Shown one piece after another: positions 1-10,014 of a stretch of DNA of 64,000 nucleotides; position 1 is the stretch's first letter, and each line of letters opens with the position of its first letter. The DNA comes from an uncultured Chloroflexia bacterium (GTDB taxonomy: Bacteria; Chloroflexota; UBA6077; JACCZL01): assembly GCA_963765765.1 (NCBI GenBank), contig CAVXYC010000020.1, positions 32,001 through 96,000 on the forward strand, in the 5' to 3' direction. The notes under the pieces were generated by a model that was given only the letters and a program-made list of their open reading frames with translations, made no database searches and had not been told where the DNA came from. The position numbers and the translations under genes are program-made.

Positions 1-409
1 TAAACGGTAGTCCATGCTCGGCCACACCCTGGAGGCCGGTCAGGTTCACCGACGACCCGAGCGCTACCACCAGTGTGTCGAAGGAAAGCGTATGCGATTC
101 AGTTGTCGCCGCGTCACGCGTCTCGACAGTGTGCGAGTCGAGGTCGATCGACTGAACCGTCTCGACTCGAATCGAAGTCCTGGGAAGCATCGAGCGGAGC
201 GGACTAAGGATATGTGTCAGCTCGACGCTACCCGCCGCGGCTTCAGCGAGCATGGGTAGAAACAGCAAGTAGTTCGTCTGGCTGACCAGCGTGACCCGGA
301 TTCTTGGGCCACGTTTTCGCGCGAGCTTCTGGAGGGTCTGGGCCACCGTCACGCCACCGAATCCACCACCAAGGATGAGGACGCGGTGAGGTGCAAGGTG
401 GTTGGCCAT
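1..409 (-). CDS. NAD(P)/FAD-dependent oxidoreductase (type II NADH dehydrogenase-like), 5' part; runs off the window
   Basis: Manual translation from ATG 409 (upstream GAGG): MANHLAPHRVLILGGGFGG, an indel near 300, then TLVSQTNYLLFLPMLAEAAAG...FDTLVVALGS, typical NDH-2 motifs. Confidence 0.8.
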   Translation of the reverse strand, partial: MANHLAPHRVLILGGGFGGVTVAQTLQKLARKRGPRIRVTLVSQTNYLLFLPMLAEAAAGSVELTHILSPLRSMLPRTSIRVETVQSIDLDSHTVETRDAATTESHTLSFDTLVVALGSSVNLTGLQGVAEHGLPF

Positions 410-660
410 GTATCAACCTCCAAAGGTAACACCGAAAAGAAGCACTCGGGGCGCTTATGGGAATTTCCACCGGGACGTTCTAGGCGGTGCGCCGGGGAGC
501 TTTCTTCGTCATACACAGCCTCCCCGGCTGGGTGCAGGCGCCCCGTGTGGGAGGACTCGCCATGCTAGCCAGCGATGGATTGGCGGTGAAGCTTGCGTAT
601 GGCATTGTTGCGGTTCGAACGTTTCAGGCAGTTTCGCGTCGCGCCAAAGACTGCCAGTCG

Positions 661-1602
661 CTAGATCAATACATCCAGCGACTCAGAGAGCTCGTCCGCG
701 GTGGCGATGCCTTCAAATCGATCTCGAATGATCCCGTTGCGATCCACGATAAAGATCCACGGCTCCGTGAGAAGCTGCCATTCCGCGACGGCATCCGCAA
801 GCACGCGATCGCGTGGCTCTTTAAAAATCTCAATGTGCACGAATGAGGCTCGGCCCACGTAGCGCGGCGCCATCTCGAGCACGACGCTGAGCTGCGGCGC
901 GCACGTCAGCGTCGTGCAGAACCCGGGCGTCGCAAAAGCCAGTAATGAGGGTTGCCCGGACTGCACCGCCGACGCAATGGTCTGGTCATGCAATGAGCAC
1001 GGGGGAGCGGCGGAGCAGATCGTCGAGAGGTCAGTGACGTCCCTTGACGTCAGCGATTGGGTGGCTCGAGCCTTGTCGCCGATCATAGGTGATTGGCCGC
1101 GCTCTTTGACATCCACGGCGATGCGCGCCGAGACCGGCGCGGCGTCAGGCGTTGGTCGCGCCACTACCTCAAGCCCCCACTGACCTGGCCGATCAAACGT
1201 AGCGCGACTTGCGTAGACGCCCCGCTGACGGTACTCCACCCACCGATAGATTGTTTCCGTCTCTGAGACTTTCGTCCCCTGCGTCCCCTGGATCTGGTAA
1301 AGACTGACCGTGGCTTGAGCGTCAACGATGGGCTGATTATCCGGGCCAATCAGACCCATCGCGAGGCGATTTGGTCCTACCACCAATTCGGACGTGGCCA
1401 TCGCAATCGTGAGTGGAGGGGCCGTCTTAGCCACCGGTGTTGGAATCGCCGGAGCTGGAGCCGAGCATGCCGCGGCCAGCATTGCCAGACTACTAGCACT
1501 CAGCGCGCCAAGCATTTCACGCCGAGTGAGAGTCCGCCGGAATTGACCTCGTGACCTACCAATAAACCGAGCCGCTCCGGCCGTTGCTCCGTTGTTATAC
1601 AT
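661..1602 (-). CDS. Tat-exported lipoprotein with C-terminal thioredoxin-like domain
   Basis: TRREMLG twin-arginine motif, LAAAC lipobox, FATPGFCTTLTC, EPWIFIVDRNG; start uncertain. Confidence 0.7.
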   Translation of the reverse strand: MYNNGATAGAARFIGRSRGQFRRTLTRREMLGALSASSLAMLAAACSAPAPAIPTPVAKTAPPLTIAMATSELVVGPNRLAMGLIGPDNQPIVDAQATVSLYQIQGTQGTKVSETETIYRWVEYRQRGVYASRATFDRPGQWGLEVVARPTPDAAPVSARIAVDVKERGQSPMIGDKARATQSLTSRDVTDLSTICSAAPPCSLHDQTIASAVQSGQPSLLAFATPGFCTTLTCAPQLSVVLEMAPRYVGRASFVHIEIFKEPRDRVLADAVAEWQLLTEPWIFIVDRNGIIRDRFEGIATADELSESLDVLI

Positions 1603-1882
1603 ACCGATGAGGATAAGAACGAGCGAGATCGGCGGGCAACCTCAACGCCCCAGGGGAGACGCTCGTCACGCCTCTGAGACCTTGATCACGATCCTGTGAC
1701 AATCCTGATGTCTTATTGCCATTTTCAACATACACCTCTCTATAATGCCTCGCGCCAGGATGAACACGTAGCGGACATCCGAGAACGGCGCGCTTCCGCG
1801 CAAGACCACGATCCCCCCATTGTGAGTCGCGCTCACGGACGCTCGGCACTAATCGAGTGGACCTGACCTCAAGGAGGATCGA

Positions 1883-3188
1883 TTGGGACGACTTGCGAAT
1901 ATGGCTGGGGCGCTTGGGCTCGCGACACTTGTGAGTGTTGGAAACCTATCCAGTGCGCACGCGCAGCCGACAGTTCCGCCAGGGCCGACACAAACCCCCG
2001 GGCCGATGCAAACCCCCGGGCCGACACAAACCCCCAGGGCCGACGCAAACCCCCGGGCCGACACAAAGCCCAGAGCCGACGCAAACGCCCGGGGTGGTGC
2101 AAAGCCCAGGGCCGACGCAAACCCCGGGGCCGACGCAAAGCCCAGAGCGATCGAAGAGCCCCGAGTACGGGATGAACATTTTCATCTGGGGCAATCCGAA
2201 CACCACAGAACGTGATCTTGGCCTTATGCGCAACGCGGGATTTAGCTGGCAGAAGACCCTCTTCAAATGGCGCGAGATCGAGGGGGAGGGCAAGGGCCAG
2301 TTCAATTGGACCGAAGCGGATCGCGTGGTGGCGGCGTCCAAGGCTAACGGCGTGAAGATCATTGCCCGAGTGGATTTCAACCCCTATTGGGCACGAGCTG
2401 ATGGCGCACACAACGGCCCACCGGACAATCCGCAGGATTTCGCCGACTTCATAACCGCGCTCATCAGCCGCTACGGCAGCCAGTCGACGATTGGTCGAAT
2501 TCAAGCGATTCAAATGTGGAACGAGCCCAACATCGATAAGGAATGGGGCCTCCAGCCGATCAATCAAGCATCCGCCGCGGACTACGTGACGCTGCTGAAG
2601 GCCGGTTACACCGCCGCGAAAGCCGCAGATCCAAGCGTCATTGTCCTTACCGGCGGTCTGTCACCGACCTGCACCGATAATTCGAACGCTCGTCCGGATG
2701 ACGTCTTCCTCCAGTGGATGTACGATGCCGGCGCGGCAAGCTACTTTGACGTTCTGGGCGCACATGGCGCGGGCTACGACAAGCCGCCGACAGCATCACC
2801 TCAGGAATCGGCTGATAAGCACAGTGGTTGCCGGGCGTTCACCTTCCGCCGAGTGGAAGATCTTCGTGACGTGATGGTTGCTAACAAGGATGCTGACAAG
2901 CAGGTGTGGCTGCTCGAGTTTGGTTGGACCACCGATCAGGTGAATCCTGCCTATGCATGGCATGCGGTATCGCCAGAACTTCAAGGCGAATACCTCGTTG
3001 GCGCGTATCGATGGGCGAATCAGAACTGGGCACCGTGGATCGGTGTCATGACCTTGTGGACCTTCCCCGATCCGGCGTGGAGCCCGGCGCGAGAAGAGTA
3101 CTGGTGGGCCATTACCGATCCCGACGGTTCCACTCGCCCCGCGTATCAACGCCTTGCAGCGGCTCGCGCCACGGGTGAGCTTCCTTAG
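1883..3188 (+). CDS. Secreted clan GH-A glycoside hydrolase (GH5/GH39-like) with Pro/Thr linker; +1 indel at ~2033
   Basis: AAGGAGG RBS at 1871 and TTG 1883 give a signal peptide (AHA-QP); catalytic WNEPN and WLLEFGW motifs lie in ORF 1935-3188. Confidence 0.8.
1979..2147 (+). repeat. 18-bp tandem repeat (~9 copies) encoding PGPTQ(T/S)
   Basis: Units such as CCAGGGCCGACACAAACC and CCCGGGCCGATGCAAACC seen directly. Confidence 0.95.
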
Positions 3189-3220
3189 CTCGCCACTACT
3201 TCAATCATCGAGTATGAAAA

Positions 3221-3253
3221 GCACGGCGCCTGACGGCGCCGTGCCTTCGTTTT
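3221..3253 (+). terminator. Intrinsic terminator
   Basis: GCACGGCGCC-TGAC-GGCGCCGTGC hairpin followed by CTTCGTTTT. Confidence 0.7.
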
Positions 3254-3280
3254 AGATAATCGGGTAGGCTTGTCGCGCCA

Positions 3281-3907
3281 TTGACGCTCGCTCAAAGGCG
3301 GTGGTACAACGCCACATCCAGACCGCTCTCGGAGTTCGCATTGCGTCGCTGGCGGGATACCAGTCCCAATCAACACGGCGACAATGCGCGAGGCCACGCC
3401 GATGGCCCGCCAACAGGTCGCAGACGGGCTCGCCCTCAGGCCATCAACGTCCGCAGGGGCGAGACTCGTGGCTCGGACACTGACGAAGATGAAGCACGTC
3501 CCCGAATTCGTCGCCGGGCCGGTGGCGTCAGAAGCGCGGCCCCCACACTCGGACTCCCAATGGAGCCACGAGCGCTCGCCATTGTTGGCGCCGCGGCGAC
3601 TGTCCTGCTGGTGCTGGCAGTGTTGCTAACTCGCGCTATCTCACCATCCTCGCCGGAGCCAACACCCGCCCCAGCAGCGGCGGTAGAGTCACCAACGCCC
3701 GCCGGCCCAACGGTCGTTCCTACGCAGGGGCCAATCCAGGCGACCATCGTGCCGCTCGAACCGAGCTATACGGTGCAGGCGGGTGATAACCTGGCCATCA
3801 TAGCGAGACGATTCAACACCACCGTTGACGGGATTGTGTCAATCAACAACCTCACCGATCGAAACGCGCTTCGAGTTGGACAACGCCTGATTATTCCCAC
3901 GCAGTGA
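3281..3907 (+). CDS. Membrane-anchored LysM peptidoglycan-binding protein
   Basis: TM helix, Pro/Thr linker, C-terminal YTVQAGDNLAIIARRFNTT...LRVGQRLIIP LysM domain; start uncertain. Confidence 0.85.
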   Translation: MTLAQRRWYNATSRPLSEFALRRWRDTSPNQHGDNARGHADGPPTGRRRARPQAINVRRGETRGSDTDEDEARPRIRRRAGGVRSAAPTLGLPMEPRALAIVGAAATVLLVLAVLLTRAISPSSPEPTPAPAAAVESPTPAGPTVVPTQGPIQATIVPLEPSYTVQAGDNLAIIARRFNTTVDGIVSINNLTDRNALRVGQRLIIPTQ

Positions 3908-3965
3908 TGTACTTGCTATTGATCCGTTAGGGAATTGATAACCCTGTCTACCTGCCGTCTCTGTA

Positions 3966-5021
3966 ATGGAGACCTACAATCAGGCCGACCCAGTCACATT
4001 TGACCACGGAGTGTCGTTGCCCCGTTCCAATCCAGGCGACCGACGGCCAACCCGGCCAGCTCGACCGCCACGCCGAGCGCCTCAGCAATCAACCGCACCA
4101 TTCAATTTTCTCGGCTTCCTGGCTCGATCGCTCATCGTCTTTTTGACAGTGGTACTGGTTTGGAAGCTTCTCAGCTTTGGTCTCACTACCTACGAAGAGG
4201 CGAAGTTTCAGCGCACCGACATCACGACGCTGATTCAGCCCGCAACGCCGCAGCCGTACCTGGACCCCGCCCTGGAAGCACAGATACGGCGCGCTGCCAT
4301 CGCCCCAGGAACCGTATCGGTCTCCATTCGCAACATCACCACTGGGGCGCAGGCGGAGATCAACGGGCAAGAAGTGTTTCCTGCCGCTAGCCTGTTCAAG
4401 CTGCCGGTCCTTGTGGAAGTGATCAAACAGTACCGATCGGGGCGAATCTCGCTGGACGATCCGATACAGATTCGCCAGGATCAATGGACCGATGGCTCGG
4501 GCGTGCTCCAGGCAAGAATTGGTGAGCGAATCCCAGTGCGCGAGCTTTTGCGGCTCATGATCGCCGAGAGTGACAACATCGCGGCGCTCGCGCTGATCGA
4601 TCTGGTTGGTGTCGACAACATCAATCGAACGATGCAAAGCATCGGCCTCGAGTGGACGAAGGTCCAGGATCGACGAGCCAATAACCTGCTGCATGTCACT
4701 ACGGCGCGAGACATGGGCATGCTCATGGATGTGTTGGCCACCGGCCAGCTCGTGGATCGAGAGACGTCAGAAGAGACAATCCGCCTATTGGAGCTGAAGC
4801 AAGCTCAGAACTGGCTGGACGATCGTCTTCCGTGGTTCACCCGCGTCGCCCACAAGTGGGGCGAGCTTCCCAGCGTGCGTCACGACGCCGGTATCCTCTT
4901 CACGCCACGCTCCACCTTCGTCGTCGTAGTCATGACCCAGGGAGCCGACGTCGCCAGGTCCGGCGACGTCATCAGCAGCGTATCAAGGGTGGCATTCGAT
5001 TATTTTGAGCGGGTGCCGTAA
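3966..5021 (+). CDS. Membrane-anchored class A beta-lactamase-related serine hydrolase
   Basis: ASLFK (SxxK), SDN, HKWG (KTG-like), HDAG; N-terminal TM helix. Confidence 0.85.
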   Translation: METYNQADPVTFDHGVSLPRSNPGDRRPTRPARPPRRAPQQSTAPFNFLGFLARSLIVFLTVVLVWKLLSFGLTTYEEAKFQRTDITTLIQPATPQPYLDPALEAQIRRAAIAPGTVSVSIRNITTGAQAEINGQEVFPAASLFKLPVLVEVIKQYRSGRISLDDPIQIRQDQWTDGSGVLQARIGERIPVRELLRLMIAESDNIAALALIDLVGVDNINRTMQSIGLEWTKVQDRRANNLLHVTTARDMGMLMDVLATGQLVDRETSEETIRLLELKQAQNWLDDRLPWFTRVAHKWGELPSVRHDAGILFTPRSTFVVVVMTQGADVARSGDVISSVSRVAFDYFERVP

Positions 5022-5135
5022 GGGCGAGCTTCTGCGCGCACTCCAAAGCCTTCGCCCGCGGCGTAGTGCAGATCGTCCCTTGACCACCATCCCTTCCGCA
5101 GCGCAAGGTTAGGTCGCCTTGCGGAGGGTTATCGA

Positions 5136-6127
5136 ATGCTTGTGTGTTTTCTGGACGCGCTCGAGGGGCGTATCAGTGAGTTTCCGAACGAGTATCTCGC
5201 CGCGCACGATGTGACGCTGGCTGGCGGTGATACAACGGCAGTACCGCGTGACACAGAGGCGCTCATCACCTGGGGCGATGCGTTGGACGACGCGCTCGTC
5301 GGTCGACTTCCGAATTTGAAGCTGGTGCAGCGAATCGGCTACTTCAATGGGGTAAGCCTGACGCCGGCGCAGGCCGCTGGCGCTCACGTGGCCGTATGGC
5401 CGAAGGGCGTGTCCAATCGGGTTGCCATGCATGCCACCACTTTTCTCCTGGCACTAAGCAGGCAGCTTCTGGCGAGCCATCGAGCAACGATTGCAGCGGA
5501 GAACGAGGCGGGTTTCGAGCCGGCGATCACCGATAACCGCGCCGCGGCAATGAACTGGCCGCTCATTCGAGATGTGGATCACACCATCCAACAAGACACT
5601 TGGGATCATCGGGTTCGGTGAGATCGGTGCGTGCTTCTCGCGACAGGCACACGCCTTTGACATGGATATCCTGTACTTCAAACGCACGCGGATGTCCCCC
5701 GAGCGGGAGGAGTTCTTCGGCGTGACGTATACGCCGCTTGATGAGCTATTGAGCATCTCGGACTACGTCGCGTCCTTTGTCCCTTTCTCGGCTGAGAGCG
5801 AAAAAATGCTCGGCGCGCGTGAAATCGGACTCCTGAAACCGTCCGCGTACTTCATCAACTGCGGGCGTGGGAAACACTGTCGACGAGCCGGCGCTGATAG
5901 ACGCACTCGGGAACCACGCCTTCCGTGGAGCGGCTCTGGACGTTTACTCCATTGAGCCCGTTCCAGCCGGGCATCCAGTTCTGAGTCTGGACAACGTCAT
6001 CTACACGCCACACAACGCTGGCGGAATCGGCGGATGGCACGACGTGTTTGCTCGAATCTCGCGTAACCTGGACCTTGTGACTGAGGGCCGATCTCCTGTG
6101 TCCTGGGAGGTTCCACCGACGGAATAG
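5136..6127 (+). CDS. D-2-hydroxyacid dehydrogenase family protein (indels at ~5580 and ~5870)
   Basis: GIIGFGEIG, INCGRG, AALDVYSIEP and TPHNAG spread over three consecutive ORFs. Confidence 0.85.
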
Positions 6128-6180
6128 AATCTCATTCGGGCCCCCTACCAGGCGAACGCGGTCACGATTGTCGGAGTCTT

Positions 6181-6210
6181 TGTCATCCTTCGCCGCGGCT
6201 CAGGATGACA
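6181..6210. repeat. Collapsed copy of the GTCATCCTGAG REP-like palindrome
   Basis: TGTCATCCTTCGCCGCGGCTCAGGATGACA matches the arms at 9793-9883. Confidence 0.65.
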
Positions 6211-6305
6211 GGGCGACCGGATTGCACTGATCGCTTCGCACTAAGACAGACGCTAGGGAGACCGCCGCAAACGGAACCTTTAACACCTCAAAGGACTAGC
6301 CTACG

Positions 6306-6770
6306 ATGAACGATATCGAAGCGATGCAACGGTGCATCGAGCTCGCCCGGCTCTCCGTGGCTCAGGGCGATCATCCCTTTGGTTCACTGGTTACTCGCGA
6401 CGGCGAGCTCCTCTCGGAAGGTTTAAACCTGGTGGTGACCGAGCTCAATCCGACCTCGCATGCCGAGACGGTGGCAATGCGCAATGCCTGCCGTACCGTT
6501 GATGCGCTCAACCTGCAAGGGACAACGCTTTACACGAGCTGCGAGCCATGTTGGATCTGCTCCTGCGCCATTCGAGAGCTCCGCATCGGCCGCGTGGTAT
6601 TTGCGCTGACGTCACCGAAGGGCGGGGGATACTCGTCCCAGAACTATCCAATCCTGACTGATGCAACCATTGATCGCTACGGACCACCGCCGATCGTGGA
6701 GACCGGCTTGCTGGCAGATCTCTCTCAAGCGCTCTGGACGGAGGTCGGTTGGCCGAAACAACGAGACTAG
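6306..6770 (+). CDS. Nucleoside deaminase (TadA/guanine deaminase-like)
   Basis: HAE and SCEPCWIC zinc motifs. Confidence 0.9.
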   Translation: MNDIEAMQRCIELARLSVAQGDHPFGSLVTRDGELLSEGLNLVVTELNPTSHAETVAMRNACRTVDALNLQGTTLYTSCEPCWICSCAIRELRIGRVVFALTSPKGGGYSSQNYPILTDATIDRYGPPPIVETGLLADLSQALWTEVGWPKQRD

Positions 6771-6901
6771 CCGCGCAGCCTGGGCATCCTTTGCTCGGAA
6801 CTTATCAGTCCAACCCATCGTCTCATTAGTGTGGGCGCGTTCGTTCGCCAGCGTGCATACTGACCGAGCCTGGCTGTGCGCCGTTGCCCCGAACTGAATC
6901 T

Positions 6902-7762
6902 ATGACACATCACGTCCGACTCATCTTCATCGTCACGTTACTACTGGCGCTTCTGCCTGCGTGCAGCCAACCTTCGGGGCCGGGTGTCGTCTCAGGGCAA
7001 ATCAAGTTCCTTGCCCCGGACGGCAGCGTGCGGAACCTTCCTGGGGCTCAAATCATTCTGCGGGGCGCGCAAGACACATACACTGCGATTTCAACCAACG
7101 GAGAAGGCGACAATCCTGACGCCGGTTACAACTACCGCATCGAATCGGTTTCGCCAGGGCGCTACGTCATGGCCGTGACTCCACCGGCGGGTCTCAGTCT
7201 TCAGCCAGAAGAAGGGATCACTCTGGAAGTCGAGCCGAGCGAGACCTACGCCCAGAGCGCGCTTCTGCTCCCCGAAGGTGTCGCCAAGCCGCGTCCTCTC
7301 ACCGGCGACGAGGCAGGAAACGGTCAGGTTGGGTACAGCCAGAATGGCCAGCGCACAACCTATTCCAGTGGCGGGCTGGATCTTACTGACTATCTGTTGA
7401 TGTACATGCTTTTCCGGAATCCCGGCGGCTACGGATTCGGGGCGCCACCCGTGATCGTCAGCAATCCTGGATCGACCGGCCCTAACGGCTCGCGTTACCG
7501 GGTGGAGCCGCCGCCCACCCAAACGTCGCGTGGCGAGCCGATAACCAAAGCTCCGCAAGGCGTTCCCGGACAGGGCGCAACGCGACCGGGCTCTTCCTCA
7601 TCGAACAGCTCGAGCCAGCCAAGTACCTCAAACGGCAGCTCGAGCCAGCCGACCACGAAGGCACCGTCGCAGGGTGCCAGTCGCCCATCCGCTCCAGCTC
7701 CCAGTCGACCATCGGGCTCGTCCAGCCGGTCGAGTGGCGGTAGCGGCGGTGGTAGAAAGTAA
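6902..7762 (+). CDS. Lipoprotein with carboxypeptidase-regulatory-like beta-sandwich and Ser/Gly/Pro-rich tail
   Basis: LLPAC lipobox; hydrophobic DYLLMYMLF segment; low-complexity tail ending SSRSSGGSGGGRK. Confidence 0.65.
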   Translation: MTHHVRLIFIVTLLLALLPACSQPSGPGVVSGQIKFLAPDGSVRNLPGAQIILRGAQDTYTAISTNGEGDNPDAGYNYRIESVSPGRYVMAVTPPAGLSLQPEEGITLEVEPSETYAQSALLLPEGVAKPRPLTGDEAGNGQVGYSQNGQRTTYSSGGLDLTDYLLMYMLFRNPGGYGFGAPPVIVSNPGSTGPNGSRYRVEPPPTQTSRGEPITKAPQGVPGQGATRPGSSSSNSSSQPSTSNGSSSQPTTKAPSQGASRPSAPAPSRPSGSSSRSSGGSGGGRK

Positions 7763-7805
7763 GCATCACCATGATGCTGACCCCAACGGAGTGTGAGCCA
7801 CTGAT

Positions 7806-8633
7806 ATGGATATTGGCCCGATTATCACCGTCGCCATCATTCTCGGAATCATCGCCATTGGGGTGTACGTCGCAATGAGCCAATCACCACTACCCCGGCG
7901 CATTCGTCGATTAATCACATCCTGGCGTACGCCCGAAAAAACGGAAGAAGCACCAGCGCCGCGACCGAACGCACGGTGGGGAGAAGACCCCGATCACGTC
8001 AATGAGGCCCGCGAAGTCGAGCGAATCACGGGAGTCATCCGTCTCGGTGACGCGCTTACAGTGGTCACCAACGATCCATCGCATTGGGGCGCAAAAAGCT
8101 TCGAGATTCAGGGCAACGTCACGAGCGTCGCGGAAGTGCAGACGCTGGACGTAAGCGGGAACTTCCAATTTCGATTTCTCACCGTTGACATGGTGGGATC
8201 CGACGCCAACACCATCATCATTGAAGGCGACTCACCGCAGAGCTCGATCGTTTATTTCGGCCGAGCGTACACATCCGAAGATCGCATCGACGACGTCGCG
8301 GCGGGCACCATCACAACTCGTCTGGCCGAGGAGCGGGATCGATATCGAAATGCCGGAGCGCCCGAGATGGCCACAACACTGCCCGTCTATGAAGCCGGCG
8401 CGCTCATGGCGGGTCGCTACGATGGCCGCCTGGCGGTGCTCGAGTCTGACGCCGCCAAGGGATACCTCCCGGCCAGTGCCCGGAGCGACGAAGGTCAGCC
8501 ATACACAGATGCCACCGTCCGGCTCGATGGCAGTGGCTGGTACGTACGACTCGTTGAAGTGGGCGCATATAGGTTCCTGCTGGAGCTGGAACCGCTCAAG
8601 CTTTCGGATATCACCATTCATCATCGTGCGTAA
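7806..8633 (+). CDS. Hypothetical single-pass membrane protein
   Basis: 275-aa ORF with N-terminal TM helix, in an operon. Confidence 0.65.
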   Translation: MDIGPIITVAIILGIIAIGVYVAMSQSPLPRRIRRLITSWRTPEKTEEAPAPRPNARWGEDPDHVNEAREVERITGVIRLGDALTVVTNDPSHWGAKSFEIQGNVTSVAEVQTLDVSGNFQFRFLTVDMVGSDANTIIIEGDSPQSSIVYFGRAYTSEDRIDDVAAGTITTRLAEERDRYRNAGAPEMATTLPVYEAGALMAGRYDGRLAVLESDAAKGYLPASARSDEGQPYTDATVRLDGSGWYVRLVEVGAYRFLLELEPLKLSDITIHHRA

Positions 8634-9282
8634 CGCCACGGCCCTTGGCCGATTCGCCGGGCCTACCCGGCGGCTCGTATCAGCGATTCCCGTTCTCTAT
8701 CTGGCATACCTCCTGGTCACCCAGGTACGCGCAGACTGGCCCGCGCTCTCTGACCCACAGTGGGATGCGGATACACTCCTAGCACTCGCCGCCAGCGGAT
8801 ACCTGGCCCTGCTAATTGCCAGCTATTGGGGCAAGCCGGCATTCGTCGCACAGCGGCGCGACGCCTTCGCGATGCTCACAACGGTAATAGCAATAGACGC
8901 ATTCGGAGTCATCTCTCGGCAGCCGGTCACGCAACCGGACGCGTGGCCGCCCGCCGCGGCCTTGATGATCATTGGCACGATCGTCGCCGCCTGGAGCCTG
9001 CGAAGCCTCGGTACGTCGTTCAGTCTGCTACCGCAGGCGCGCAATGTTGTGGCTGACGGACCGTACGCGTACCTGCGTCACCCCATGTACGCCGGGGGTA
9101 TTTTGATCACGCTGGGCGAGCTCTGGCTGCGCTGGTCCCCTCTCGCCATTCTGGTCTGCGCCGTCGCAGTGCTCGCGCAGCTTGTGAGAATTCAAATGGA
9201 GGAGCGCCTCCTCGAGAACCAGTTTCCCAGCTACCGCTCATACCGAGCTCGGACCTCCGCCCTGATACCTGGCATTTATTGA
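8626..9282 (+). CDS. Isoprenylcysteine carboxyl methyltransferase (ICMT/PEMT) family protein
   Basis: GPYAYLRHPMY, EERLL, YRSY; the GTG start overlaps the upstream stop. Confidence 0.85.
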   Translation: MRNATALGRFAGPTRRLVSAIPVLYLAYLLVTQVRADWPALSDPQWDADTLLALAASGYLALLIASYWGKPAFVAQRRDAFAMLTTVIAIDAFGVISRQPVTQPDAWPPAAALMIIGTIVAAWSLRSLGTSFSLLPQARNVVADGPYAYLRHPMYAGGILITLGELWLRWSPLAILVCAVAVLAQLVRIQMEERLLENQFPSYRSYRARTSALIPGIY

Positions 9283-9291
9283 GAGGCTTGC

Positions 9292-9750
9292 ATGGACATT
9301 GTTAATGACCTGGCTTATACGACCGGTATGGTCCTGTTCGGCGCGTTGATCGCGCTCGTTCTGGCCGCGGCCACGTCCATGCTCCTACTTCGGCAGAGCT
9401 GGCCGGCCATCAGGCAGGAAGTAGTGCAGCGTAATAGCACCGGCTATGGCGTCCTCACCGGTTCGGTATTCGTTGCCGTTTGCGCCCTCGTCGGAGTGGC
9501 GAACCGCCAGAGCATCTCGCCGGTGTGGGACCCAACGTTTTCGGAGCGGGTGAGCTTTCTGCTCCTGTGGGTCATCTTCGGCCAGGTGCTGTCATTCATC
9601 CTCTGCTACCTTGTGAACTTGATTCTCTTCGGGCTCTCACCATCACGTGTTACGAAGGAGTTACGCGACGACAAGAACGCCAGCGTAGCCGCGATCACCG
9701 GTATGACCTATCTGGGCGTGTCGATGTTGGTCGTATTTCGGATTTTCTGA
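9292..9750 (+). CDS. DUF350-like four-TM membrane protein
   Basis: Two repeats of 'EV/EL...N..(vg/va)' before TM helices (QEVVQRNSTGYG; KELRDDKNASVAAI). Confidence 0.6.
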   Translation: MDIVNDLAYTTGMVLFGALIALVLAAATSMLLLRQSWPAIRQEVVQRNSTGYGVLTGSVFVAVCALVGVANRQSISPVWDPTFSERVSFLLLWVIFGQVLSFILCYLVNLILFGLSPSRVTKELRDDKNASVAAITGMTYLGVSMLVVFRIF

Positions 9751-9792
9751 GCCCGGGACTATCTGGGGTTCACTTGGATGAATGACCAGGTG

Positions 9793-9883
9793 TCCCCGTC
9801 ATCCTGAGTGCAGCGAAGGATCTTCGCCACCGGCGTCCGAATCACTGCGGAAAGATCCTTCGCTGCACTCAGGATGACGGGGA
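9793..9883. repeat. REP-like doublet, perfect 32-bp inverted repeat
   Basis: TCCCCGTCATCCTGAGTGCAGCGAAGGATCTT (9793-9824) and its reverse complement (9852-9883). Confidence 0.9.
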
Positions 9884-9953
9884 AGCTGGGGTCTGGATCG
9901 TTGGCTCGTATCCGCACGGAGTCTCGATCTATGGCGTTCGATTTACAAGAAGC

Positions 9954-9997
9954 AGCGAAAAGCCCTGGTCTCAAGACGAGAACCAGGGCCTTTCGCT
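9954..9997. terminator. Probable bidirectional terminator between convergent genes
   Basis: AGCGAAAAGCCCTGGT...ACCAGGGCCTTTCGCT hairpin. Confidence 0.65.
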
Positions 9998-10014
9998 AGT
10001 TGTCGGTGAAGAAT

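Noticed and set aside
1979-2147. Possible CRISPR array
   Set aside because: The 18-bp units are contiguous, have no spacers and encode PGPTQT; no cas genes are present.
3966-5021. Antibiotic-resistance beta-lactamase
   Set aside because: Membrane anchor, KWG motif and no evident omega-loop Glu.
5136-6127. Programmed frameshifting in split genes
   Set aside because: No consistent slippery motif, and splits occur across unrelated families.
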